From IMG/VR virus record IMGVR_UViG_3300044637_000715: a DNA stretch of 64,000 nucleotides. One strand, written 5' to 3'. Source of the DNA: an uncultured virus (IMG/VR IMGVR_UViG_3300044637_000715). Lineage: Duplodnaviria > Heunggongvirae > Uroviricota > Caudoviricetes. Below the pieces are notes generated by a model. That model saw only the letters and a list, made by a program, of their open reading frames with translations. It searched no databases and was not told where the DNA came from. Position 1 is the first letter of the stretch. Each line of letters starts with the position of its first letter. Both the position numbers and the translations under genes were made by a program. Positions 7,689-15,794 of the stretch are shown in pieces.

Positions 7689-8471
7689 ATGGCAACTCAA
7701 ATACAAAGTGGTCTTGTAGCTACGGGTTCTATAGGTGCAACAGAAATAGCTACTTCTGGAGTAACAACAAATGATATCAATGATTCTGCTGTAACTGCTG
7801 CTAAACTACAAAGTAGTGCTAGTGATAATTCTCAAAGAGCAGTCGGAACTAATCATATTCAAAATTCTTCTGTAACTACAGATAAACTTGCAAATTCCTC
7901 TGTAACTGCAGATAAGCTTGCTTCATCATCATCATTAGTTCCACTTGGTGCAATTCTTATGTGGTCTGGAACTACGACACCAGATGGTTGGCAACTATGC
8001 AATGGAACTGATTTACCATCAACTTCTCCATTAAGACCAACAATTACAAAAACTCCAGACCTAAGAGATAAATTTATTGTTGGTTCTACCAGTGGAGGAG
8101 ATAATGTTTATCCTGGAGTTGGTGTCAATCAAACTGGTGGTAGTGCGGATGCTGTTGTAGTTTCTCACGGACACACATCTATCACTGATACAGCTTCTGC
8201 ACACAATCACGGATATGGTTTTGCCCAAGGTTCAGCTGGTGCTATAAAAGATGGTTATAATGGAATTGTTAATGTAACAAACACTGGCAATGTTACCGAA
8301 TTGGAACAATCTGGCGGAAATGACGGACAAAGATTAGCAGCATTTGCTGCAGGCACTAATTCTAATGGAAGACACTCCCACAGTGTTGCTGTTACACCAG
8401 AGGGTGTTAGTGGTTTAAACCAAAACTTACCTCCATATCATGCACTTGCTTTCATTATAAGGGTCTTATAA
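7689..8471 (+). CDS. tail-collar-domain (short fibre-like) protein
   Basis: VTxxKL repeats; VPLGAILMWSG..PDGWQLCNG..PDLRDKFIVG; HxH motifs; NLPPYHALAFII; late promoter AATAAATA 7654-7661. Confidence 0.85.
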   Translation: MATQIQSGLVATGSIGATEIATSGVTTNDINDSAVTAAKLQSSASDNSQRAVGTNHIQNSSVTTDKLANSSVTADKLASSSSLVPLGAILMWSGTTTPDGWQLCNGTDLPSTSPLRPTITKTPDLRDKFIVGSTSGGDNVYPGVGVNQTGGSADAVVVSHGHTSITDTASAHNHGYGFAQGSAGAIKDGYNGIVNVTNTGNVTELEQSGGNDGQRLAAFAAGTNSNGRHSHSVAVTPEGVSGLNQNLPPYHALAFIIRVL

Positions 8472-8481
8472 TTTATCCAAT

Positions 8482-8539
8482 GTGCCACTCGTAGCACTGG
8501 CACAGTAAATGAGCACAGACCCCCCTGATGCCCTATAAT
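8482..8539 (+). promoter_or_regulatory. palindrome-promoter cassette 8
   Basis: gtgccactcgtagcactggcac 8482-8503; gagcacagacc; TATAAT 8534-8539 (offset 52). Confidence 0.85.
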
Positions 8540-8565
8540 ACAGGGACACAAGCAAAGGATACCAC

Positions 8566-8814
8566 TTGACCGACCTTGATACTATCTTTAACTACACCAC
8601 CTCTCGTTGGGATTGGCATGAAGGTAATGTCAATCAAATGTGGATTCAAGAGATTGAAGAATCTCCTGATTTTTATCGTTATATTGCCGTTGCTTACAAT
8701 CCTCGTAAGAATGTGAGCACGGTAGTATCTGAACCTCGTTGCTATGCTGACACCTTGAACTGGGTTCGTATGTATTGCGGTAACTTCTGCATTCTTCCTG
8801 AATACTGCTACTGA
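8566..8814 (+). CDS. hypothetical protein (TTG start)
   Basis: AAGGA RBS; follows cassette 8. Confidence 0.7.
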   Translation: MTDLDTIFNYTTSRWDWHEGNVNQMWIQEIEESPDFYRYIAVAYNPRKNVSTVVSEPRCYADTLNWVRMYCGNFCILPEYCY

Positions 8815-8846
8815 TTCACACTTAAGTTAATCAATCATACTTCATT

Positions 8847-9227
8847 ATGACTTTCACCTTTCCTCGTCTGTCTGCTGGTATCTACGAAGTTCAGAAGGAT
8901 TCTAACACTGTTGGATTCATTCGTAAAGCATCTGCTGCTAAGTGGATTGTTGTTGATGTTGTAGACACTCCTCAACAAGTCACAAAGACTCTCAAAGAAG
9001 CAAAGGATGCTTGTGTCAATCTAATTATCTTTGATGTGGTTGACAAGACCCCTGAACCTGAGTATAATGACTCTGTAGGGGTTGATAAGGTGAATACTGA
9101 ACTTAATAAGGTTCTTGAGGGTTCTTTGCACTGCTATAAGCAGATTCCTGGAACTGATGAGTTTAAGGAAGTTTCTCCTGTTGAGTTTGGGTTTGCTGAA
9201 CCTACTCTTGAACCAATTTTGTTCTGA
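8847..9227 (+). CDS. hypothetical protein
   Basis: ORF track. Confidence 0.75.
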   Translation: MTFTFPRLSAGIYEVQKDSNTVGFIRKASAAKWIVVDVVDTPQQVTKTLKEAKDACVNLIIFDVVDKTPEPEYNDSVGVDKVNTELNKVLEGSLHCYKQIPGTDEFKEVSPVEFGFAEPTLEPILF

Positions 9228-9268
9228 TGTTTAAGTTTATTTTACACCTTTTAGTTAATCAAAACAAA

Positions 9269-9409
9269 ATGCACGATTCTACTCTTGACCTGTTCTGCGA
9301 ACACGAAGATTCTAAGTATGCAGATGAATATGCACTTTATGTTGAAGAACTTGCTTCAAAATACGAAGTGACTTGTGATTACATCATCCAAGAGTTTATC
9401 TTGGACTAA
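9269..9409 (+). CDS. small acidic cyanophage protein (MHDSTLDL...)
   Basis: ORF track; start uncertain (9227 or 9269). Confidence 0.65.
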   Translation: MHDSTLDLFCEHEDSKYADEYALYVEELASKYEVTCDYIIQEFILD

Positions 9410-9448
9410 TATATAATAATGCCTGGGTTGGGTGCAATCTTCACAGGT

Positions 9449-9472
9449 AAAGGAGCAGAAATGCTCCTTTTT
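9449..9472 (+). terminator. rho-independent terminator-like hairpin
   Basis: aaaggagca-gaaa-tgctccttt followed by more T. Confidence 0.7.
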
Positions 9473-9507
9473 AACTAAATAGTAAAGCACCCAACTTTAG
9501 AGCAGTT

Positions 9508-10044
9508 ATGCAAGTTTTAGATGTTAAATGCATCAATGAATCGTTAGGTATTGATGCACCAGACTTTTTATATTTTGAAGAAACTTCCTTTGTTGAAAAA
9601 CAATGGACTTCTCCTTGGTTCAAAGGAAAACCGTGGAACAAAGGAATTTCTCATACCAAAGAAACTAAGAAAAAAATTAGTGAAGCATTAAAAGGAAGAA
9701 TACCATACAATAAAGGTATTCCCCATACAGAAGAGACAAAAAGAAAAATAAGTATTGCAAACTTTGGTAAAACTTCTTATTGGAAAGAAAAAACTATACC
9801 CAAATCTTCCGTGGAAAAAATGAAGGCAACTAAAAAATTAAAAGGAAGTTATGTTGGTGAATGTAATCCTATGGCAAAAACTTATAGAATAACATTTGAC
9901 AATGAAAACTTCATTATGATAAAATCACTTCAAACTTGGGCCATTGAAAATGGCTACAAACCAACCAGTCTTAGAAACTTATATAATGGGAGACAAAAAT
10001 CTCCACATAAAAATGTGATAAGTGTTTCAGTGGAGTTTATGTGA
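9508..10044 (+). CDS. NUMOD3 DNA-binding repeat protein (homing-endonuclease-related)
   Basis: PWNKGISHTKETKKKISEA and PYNKGIPHTEETKRKIS; late-promoter-like CTAAATA 9475-9481. Confidence 0.8.
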   Translation: MQVLDVKCINESLGIDAPDFLYFEETSFVEKQWTSPWFKGKPWNKGISHTKETKKKISEALKGRIPYNKGIPHTEETKRKISIANFGKTSYWKEKTIPKSSVEKMKATKKLKGSYVGECNPMAKTYRITFDNENFIMIKSLQTWAIENGYKPTSLRNLYNGRQKSPHKNVISVSVEFM

Positions 10045-10049
10045 CCTCT

Positions 10050-10107
10050 GTGCCACTTGTGGAACCGTCCAGCACTCTTCCCGAACGCACGGGAGGGGTG
10101 CTATAAT
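10050..10107 (+). promoter_or_regulatory. palindrome-promoter cassette 9
   Basis: gtgccacttgtggaaccgtcca 10050-10071; TGC-TATAAT 10102-10107 (offset 52). Confidence 0.8.
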
Positions 10108-10137
10108 GTATGAATACAAACGTTACTTGACTTATTG

Positions 10138-11370
10138 ATGCTGACTCTTCTTCCTTATCAACAACGTGCTCTGAAAGCAGTTCAGAACTCCATTAAAGGT
10201 TCTGTGTATATTCCTACTGGTGGTGGGAAAACTGTTGTGATGATGGAAGATGCCCGTCAAAGGATTCTGAATGCAACAGAACCGATGACGTTTGTTGTTG
10301 TTGCTCCTCGTATTCTGCTTGCAAATCAACTTTGTTCGGAGTTTGAAGCATATTTACAAGGACTCAATGTTGCTTATATGCACTGCCACAGTGGGGAAAC
10401 ACAGCACCAGTCATCTACTAAACCAGCAGACATTGCAGAATACAATGACACTGCAATCGGAAGTGGAAAGCACCACTTTATCTTCACCACATATAATTCC
10501 ATTGGTCGGGTGAATGAATCAGATATTGAGATTGATGTTGTGTATTTTGATGAAGCACATCATTGTGTGAAACCTTCTAACTTTGTGGGTATTGCTCACA
10601 CTTCATCAGTTGCAGATAATGCTTATTTCTTCACTGCAACTCCGAAGTTCAATAACAGTATGGAGTCTATGAATAATACTGATGTTTATGGTAATAACAT
10701 CATCAGTATTCCAGCACAAGAACTCATTGATGCTGGTAGTATCATTCCTCCTAAAGTTGTGCCTTATGAAGCACAAACCATTCGCACTAAAGAAAATGCT
10801 GCATTTGTAGATGCAGAGAACATTGTAGGTATTCTGTCAGAGATTTCTGATTGTGATGCACCTAAAGTTCTTGTTGCTGCACCCAGCACCAAAGTGATTT
10901 GGTCTATGTTTACTGAAAGTGATTTGCTTCAACAACTCAATGATATGGGTTACACAATTATGCATATCACTTCCAAGCACGGTGCTTACATTGACAAGCA
11001 GAAAGTGTCTCGTGAAGTATTCTTTGAGAAAATGAGTGAGTTTGGTGCTGACCCAGACAAGAAGTTCATTGTGTTTCATTACTCAATTATGAGTGAGGGT
11101 ATTAGTATTCACGGTCTGACTCATTGCATTATGCTTCGCAATCTTCCTATGATTGAGATGGCACAAACGATTGGTCGTGTGATTCGTATGAACAAGGATG
11201 ACCGTAAGGATATTCAAGATGGTAAGATTGCAGCAGGTCAGTTTGCACTTTATCGCAAACCATTTGGCACTATCACTGTTCCAGTGCAAAACAATTATGG
11301 TGATAAGATTGCTCGACAACTTGAGAATGTGGTGAATGCTATCTTTGTCAAAGGAGAGTTGTGTGTATAG
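10138..11370 (+). CDS. superfamily 2 DExH helicase (Res-subunit-like)
   Basis: LLPYQ Q-motif, PTGGGKT, DEAHH, TAT, SEGIS, QTIGRVIR. Confidence 0.92.
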   Translation: MLTLLPYQQRALKAVQNSIKGSVYIPTGGGKTVVMMEDARQRILNATEPMTFVVVAPRILLANQLCSEFEAYLQGLNVAYMHCHSGETQHQSSTKPADIAEYNDTAIGSGKHHFIFTTYNSIGRVNESDIEIDVVYFDEAHHCVKPSNFVGIAHTSSVADNAYFFTATPKFNNSMESMNNTDVYGNNIISIPAQELIDAGSIIPPKVVPYEAQTIRTKENAAFVDAENIVGILSEISDCDAPKVLVAAPSTKVIWSMFTESDLLQQLNDMGYTIMHITSKHGAYIDKQKVSREVFFEKMSEFGADPDKKFIVFHYSIMSEGISIHGLTHCIMLRNLPMIEMAQTIGRVIRMNKDDRKDIQDGKIAAGQFALYRKPFGTITVPVQNNYGDKIARQLENVVNAIFVKGELCV

Positions 11371-11398
11371 ATAATTCTATCTGTCCCACATATAAACT

Positions 11399-11563
11399 AT
11401 GCCTTTCACAAAGAAATTTCCACAATCAGGTGAAACAACACACATTCGAGTTCCAAAATGTTATGCTGACCTTATTTTGGAACTGATGGTTACATTAGAC
11501 AATCGTTTTGATGTAGATAAGGGCAAACACCTGTTAAAGAAGTTCATACACAATCTAACGTGA
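11399..11563 (+). CDS. 54-aa putative ribbon-helix-helix DNA-binding protein
   Basis: Read manually: MPFTKKFPQSGETTHIRVPKCYADLILELMVTLDNRF...; alternating strand T-H-I-R-V-P followed by helices. Confidence 0.55.
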   Translation: MPFTKKFPQSGETTHIRVPKCYADLILELMVTLDNRFDVDKGKHLLKKFIHNLT

Positions 11564-11578
11564 GTCCAATGATACGGT

Positions 11579-11636
11579 GTGCCACTTGTGGTACTGGCAT
11601 ACTAAAAGAGCACAGACCCCTCTGGGGTGCTATAGT
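11579..11636 (+). promoter_or_regulatory. palindrome-promoter cassette 10
   Basis: gtgccacttgtggtactggcat 11579-11600; gagcacagacc; TGC-TATAGT 11631-11636 (offset 52). Confidence 0.85.
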
Positions 11637-11656
11637 GTATTCATACACAAAGGATT

Positions 11657-12130
11657 ATGGCAACCACTGCTTCTAGAGATACAACAACTGGAACTCTTAA
11701 TGAAAAAGAAATTGAAAAGTTTTTAGTTGAAAACTTTTCACAAACAGTAAAATCTCAAGTCATCATTGGCAAAAAACGAAATGATGGAGTACACGTTGTT
11801 GATTTGATGATTGGTGGGGAAACTCATACTCCAAAAAATAGGAAACGTCCAATTTCTAATCATAAAGGTGGGCAACTAATTAGTCTCAAATACCAAGAGG
11901 TTTCTGGAACAGCAGAAGAAAAAGTTCCCTTTGAAGTTATGAAATTGCAAGATGCTATTGATGATTATGGTTACGAATCTGCTATAATTGTTTTGTGTGG
12001 TGACAATGGTTGGTCTTGGAAAGAAGAATATCTTAGTGAAAGGTTCAAGAAAAGAATGAAACTTCTTGGTCCAAATGTAAATATTATGAGTCAAGAAGAG
12101 TTTTGTAGAAGTATTCAAAAAGGTAATTAA
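11657..12130 (+). CDS. PD-(D/E)XK superfamily nuclease
   Basis: E...VD...SLKYQEVSGTAEEKVPFE motif. Confidence 0.75.
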   Translation: MATTASRDTTTGTLNEKEIEKFLVENFSQTVKSQVIIGKKRNDGVHVVDLMIGGETHTPKNRKRPISNHKGGQLISLKYQEVSGTAEEKVPFEVMKLQDAIDDYGYESAIIVLCGDNGWSWKEEYLSERFKKRMKLLGPNVNIMSQEEFCRSIQKGN

Positions 12131-12131
12131 A

Positions 12132-12701
12132 ATGACATCATCAGCACTTAAAGCACTTACAGCAACAACAGGAAATAAAACAGACTGCTGGAACACACCA
12201 CCTGCATTTGTTTCTGATGTAATTGCTTTTTTCGAGGGTTCGATTGATTTGGACCCTTGTTCAAATGATGAACAAAATCCAAATGTACCTGCGAAGAAAG
12301 TTTATACAGAAAAAACAAATGGATTAGCACACGATTGGATTGCAGAATCTGTGTTTATGAATCATCCTTACAGTAATAGTAAAGAATGGATTCCATATGC
12401 TGCAAAACAATATGAGTGTGGAAATAGTAAAGAGATGATTTTGCTGATTAAATTGGATATATCAACAAAATGGTGGACATCTATAAGTTCTTATCCTTGG
12501 ATTGCTGTAAATAAAAGATTGAAATTTGGTTCAGGAAAAGGTGCAGCACCATTTCAATCTGCGATTGTTTATCTCGGTAATCGTATTGAAAGGTTCAATC
12601 ATATCTTTGGGCACTACGGTCCCCTATACCTCTGTGCCACAAGTGGCACTGTCCCTATAATCGACCAAACTCCTCTGACCCGTGCTATGATTACGGAGTA
12701 A
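12132..12701 (+). CDS. phage-type DNA N6-adenine methyltransferase
   Basis: WNTP, DLDPC, VFMNHPYS (NPPY variant), APFQSAIVY. Confidence 0.88.
   Translation: MTSSALKALTATTGNKTDCWNTPPAFVSDVIAFFEGSIDLDPCSNDEQNPNVPAKKVYTEKTNGLAHDWIAESVFMNHPYSNSKEWIPYAAKQYECGNSKEMILLIKLDISTKWWTSISSYPWIAVNKRLKFGSGKGAAPFQSAIVYLGNRIERFNHIFGHYGPLYLCATSGTVPIIDQTPLTRAMITE
12634..12691 (+). promoter_or_regulatory. palindrome-promoter cassette 11 (within MTase 3' end)
   Basis: gtgccacaagtggcactgtccc 12634-12655; TGC-TATGAT 12686-12691 (offset 52). Confidence 0.8.
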
Positions 12702-12715
12702 TCAAGAGAAAAGCA

Positions 12716-12913
12716 ATGGCAGTCGTTCCTGGTTTTACTTTCAATGAAGAAACCGATATGATTTCTGCACTTTATAGTGCTGTTGCTCTGATGAAACGGT
12801 ATGAAGAAGAATCTGTTGATAATAAAAGTTATTGGATGAAACGTGTAGAAGATTACACCAAAATTGCTGATAAGTTTTCCAATGTCTGCCGTGATGCCAT
12901 TTACAATGCTTGA
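12716..12913 (+). CDS. hypothetical protein
   Basis: ORF track; follows cassette 11. Confidence 0.7.
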   Translation: MAVVPGFTFNEETDMISALYSAVALMKRYEEESVDNKSYWMKRVEDYTKIADKFSNVCRDAIYNA

Positions 12914-13082
12914 GAAAGTTCTAATGATTGAAGAAGCACTGACTGATAAACAACTCACTGCTTTGCGTGATATGTTGTATCACTACAAAGAGTTTCAGGA
13001 AGAACTTTACAACTATCCTGAACCTGATACTCTATTCACTCAAACACAACAAGAAATCTTCACTCTTCTGGATATTGTATGA
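12906..13082 (+). CDS. hypothetical protein
   Basis: ORF track; start probably ATG 12906 or 12925-region ATG. Confidence 0.65.
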   Translation: MLEKVLMIEEALTDKQLTALRDMLYHYKEFQEELYNYPEPDTLFTQTQQEIFTLLDIV

Positions 13083-13285
13083 CTTCAATTTCATTTACAT
13101 CTGGTCAGTTGATGGATATTATCTCTGCTCTTGAACTTGTAGAAGAAGGAGTATATGATGATGGAGACCATCAAGGTGCTGCTTATTATCGTAATATGAT
13201 GCAACAATTTGAGTTGTTGTGTGATAAACTTCAGGAGTTTGTTCCTGAGAATCGAGTTGCAAATCTTGTTCTTGCTGTGAATTAA
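13079..13285 (+). CDS. hypothetical protein
   Basis: ORF track; ATGA coupling. Confidence 0.7.
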   Translation: MTSISFTSGQLMDIISALELVEEGVYDDGDHQGAAYYRNMMQQFELLCDKLQEFVPENRVANLVLAVN

Positions 13286-13289
13286 AACA

Positions 13290-13718
13290 ATGAAAACTCT
13301 CATCAACAAAATGAATCCACAAGTCAAAGAAAAGTGGATTGATGCTCTGCGTTCTGGCAAATACGAACAGGGCAGTGAGAAACTCCGAGGTGCCGATGGT
13401 TACTGTTGCCTAGGTGTTCTTTGTGATTTGTATTCACAAGAAAAGAATCAAGAATGGGATTTTAGGGGTTATTCAGAAAACTCTGAGGAAGAATCTCCAG
13501 ATACAATGGACTATTGGTATTTTGATGAAGAGAGTGAGTTTCTACCTGACTCTGTAAGAGAATGGGCAGGAATGACATTCAAGAATCCTCAGGTGCGAGT
13601 TGATGTAACTGAGGATGAAAATGAAGATAATTGGTTCTATCACAGTGAGATTGCCAATCTAAACGATTCTGGTTATTCTTTTGTAGAACTTTCGAAACTC
13701 ATCGAACAACAGTTTTGA
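13290..13718 (+). CDS. conserved phage hypothetical protein
   Basis: WIDALRSGKYEQG..L...YCCLGVLC...LND.G.SF motif family. Confidence 0.8.
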   Translation: MKTLINKMNPQVKEKWIDALRSGKYEQGSEKLRGADGYCCLGVLCDLYSQEKNQEWDFRGYSENSEEESPDTMDYWYFDEESEFLPDSVREWAGMTFKNPQVRVDVTEDENEDNWFYHSEIANLNDSGYSFVELSKLIEQQF

Positions 13719-13736
13719 TGAGTCCAATGATGGGAT

Positions 13737-13794
13737 GTGCCACTTCTTCTAGTGGCACATATAACTCCCAAACCTCCCTGACCCGTGCTATGAT
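13737..13794 (+). promoter_or_regulatory. palindrome-promoter cassette 12
   Basis: gtgccacttcttctagtggcac 13737-13758; TGC-TATGAT 13789-13794 (offset 52). Confidence 0.85.
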
Positions 13795-13817
13795 TACGAA
13801 GTAATCGAAACAAACCA

Positions 13818-14264
13818 ATGATTTCCCTTCCAAACGTGAAAGAAACTGTAGATTACTCTCAACTCACCAATGAGAACTATAAGCAGTTTCTGAATGAAAC
13901 TACTGTAGAAAAGATTGAGTATTATCTGGAAGAAAACTTCTATCTGGATGATATGATTATCTTCATCCAAGAGCATGGTGATAATGCTTTCTGTGAGCAT
14001 TATGATGATTATGTGGATGCAGGTGAAACTTATTCTTATGATGCAGTAGATGCTTTCATTGAGGAGTTTGGTGTTTATGAACTTGGTGGATTTATGGATG
14101 CTTATCGTGGAGCATGGAGTTCTAAAGCAGAATATGCAGAAAACTATGTGAGTGATTGTTATTCTGTTGATTTTCCTGATTTTATTGAGATTGACTGGGA
14201 AAATACCTTTGATAATCTTGATTGTGTCTATGTCAATGGTTTTGTTTTTGATACCAAATTCTGA
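13818..14264 (+). CDS. ArdA-like acidic antirestriction / DNA-mimic protein
   Basis: Very D/E-rich; DAYRGAWSSKAEYAENYV...FIEIDWE resembles the ArdA C-terminal region. Confidence 0.65.
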   Translation: MISLPNVKETVDYSQLTNENYKQFLNETTVEKIEYYLEENFYLDDMIIFIQEHGDNAFCEHYDDYVDAGETYSYDAVDAFIEEFGVYELGGFMDAYRGAWSSKAEYAENYVSDCYSVDFPDFIEIDWENTFDNLDCVYVNGFVFDTKF

Positions 14265-14267
14265 ACT

Positions 14268-14516
14268 ATGAAACTTCAATCTAAAGATGGTTCAATGGTG
14301 GTTGATTTTTATCCAATCAAAACACCATTTGGTGATGTATCAAAAGAGTGGTTTCTAAAGACTCTTACTTTTATGGGACAAACACAATCTAAGATATTTC
14401 TCAATCGAATTGAGATGAATCTTGAGATTCAAGAGTATCTCAATCACACAATTCCTTATGAGGTTGTAGACTTCAATACAATTCCACAACTTGCCAATCC
14501 ATTTGCTACTGTTTGA
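14268..14516 (+). CDS. hypothetical cyanophage protein
   Basis: ORF track. Confidence 0.75.
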   Translation: MKLQSKDGSMVVDFYPIKTPFGDVSKEWFLKTLTFMGQTQSKIFLNRIEMNLEIQEYLNHTIPYEVVDFNTIPQLANPFATV

Positions 14517-14716
14517 TGATGCAATTTCAAGTTACCTACATCGAGTTTGATTTCGATGGTGAAGATGAGATGGATGCGTATGACAAAGATCGTCTCACAT
14601 CTGAAATGATTGGTGAGATTTGGGATGCAGAAGATGAAGATGACCTCTTAGAAGAGATTACCTGTGCAACTGGATGGTGTATTAAGTCTATTGACTATCG
14701 GCACGTTTTGACTTGA
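14516..14716 (+). CDS. acidic hypothetical cyanophage protein
   Basis: IEFDF...WDAEDEDDLLEEITCATGWCIKSIDY. Confidence 0.75.
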   Translation: MMQFQVTYIEFDFDGEDEMDAYDKDRLTSEMIGEIWDAEDEDDLLEEITCATGWCIKSIDYRHVLT

Positions 14717-14751
14717 CGATAACCTGTCCCACATGAGTCCAATGATACCAT

Positions 14752-14808
14752 GTGCCACTTGTTCTAGTGGCACACTAAATGAGCACAGACCCTCAAATGT
14801 GGTATATT
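14752..14808 (+). promoter_or_regulatory. palindrome-promoter cassette 13
   Basis: gtgccacttgttctagtggcac 14752-14773; gagcacagacc; TGG-TATATT 14803-14808 (offset 51). Confidence 0.85.
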
Positions 14809-14860
14809 AAGAGGGTGGAAGGGGTCAGTCCCATCCGAGTCCAATTCTTTATTTCTTGTT

Positions 14861-15535
14861 ATGGATCGTCAGCAAGTCATCGCAAAGATTCAATCCATTC
14901 TGAAACTTCAGGAAGGAACTTCTTTTGAAGGTGAGGCAGATGCTGCTGCCAAGATGATTGATAAACTGTGCAAACAGTATGGTGTTACAATCACCGAAGC
15001 AACTGAAACTCAAGTTTTTGATGAATCCTTCATCAATTTCAAACGTGTGAATGTTGCACTGACTACTCTTGCTAATGCGATTGCAACATTCTATGATGCA
15101 AAAGCATATCTGAAGAGTGGGGATAGTAAGTCTCTGCAAATCATTGGTAGTGAAGCACAACAAATCCAAGTGCGACTCTATTATGATTATCTGGTTCAGG
15201 TGATGGAGAATGAAGCAGATGTTGCACACAAAGCAGAGAAAATCCTCTGTGATGTGACTGGTAAAACTGTTTCTCGGTCTTTCAAACTTAATTTCCGTAA
15301 GGCATTTGCAGATAAAGTTGCAGAACGTCTGAAGGAAATGAAACTGGCAGAGAATCGAGTTCATGATGATGCAAAAGCAGTGAGTGATAAACTCTCTACG
15401 ATGCGATTCGGACGTGCCAAGAAGATGAATGGTGCAAGTGGTGCTGGTGCTTATTCTGGTGCAAACGTAGGTGCTGGTGTTTCTTTGAACCGTCAAGCAT
15501 CTGGTTCTGTGGCAAAACAACTGTGTGGAGTGTAA
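14861..15535 (+). CDS. DUF2786-like domain protein
   Basis: N-terminal IAKIQSILKL...EGEADAAAKMIDKLCKQYG; later F+..F...V..RL and GA.V.LNRQ segments. Confidence 0.7.
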   Translation: MDRQQVIAKIQSILKLQEGTSFEGEADAAAKMIDKLCKQYGVTITEATETQVFDESFINFKRVNVALTTLANAIATFYDAKAYLKSGDSKSLQIIGSEAQQIQVRLYYDYLVQVMENEADVAHKAEKILCDVTGKTVSRSFKLNFRKAFADKVAERLKEMKLAENRVHDDAKAVSDKLSTMRFGRAKKMNGASGAGAYSGANVGAGVSLNRQASGSVAKQLCGV

Positions 15536-15538
15536 GTT

Positions 15539-15787
15539 ATGTTCGACTGTCTTAAGTTTGAACCGCACACAATTCCTGAGTGTATTCGAGCACGGTACAA
15601 GTTTCCTAATGATTGGGAGATTTCTGTTGTTGCTGGACCACCAAATTGTGGTCTTTATGGCAACATCAATGAGAACACTTATGAAGTTGCAATTTTACGT
15701 CCCAATGGACATATGACTGAAGATGTAAGTGCTTGGAATACGAAACAAGAAGTGTCTGCAATGATGTGGGTACTCTCTCAACTGTAG
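15539..15787 (+). CDS. conserved phage hypothetical protein
   Basis: YKFPNDWEISVV...LYG...TYEVAIL. Confidence 0.75.
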   Translation: MFDCLKFEPHTIPECIRARYKFPNDWEISVVAGPPNCGLYGNINENTYEVAILRPNGHMTEDVSAWNTKQEVSAMMWVLSQL

Positions 15788-15794
15788 TCCAACA

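Noticed and set aside
470..14808. Repeats as integron attC sites
   Set aside because: No GTTRRRY/RYYYAAC ends and no tyrosine recombinase in the window; the fixed link to -10 boxes points to promoters
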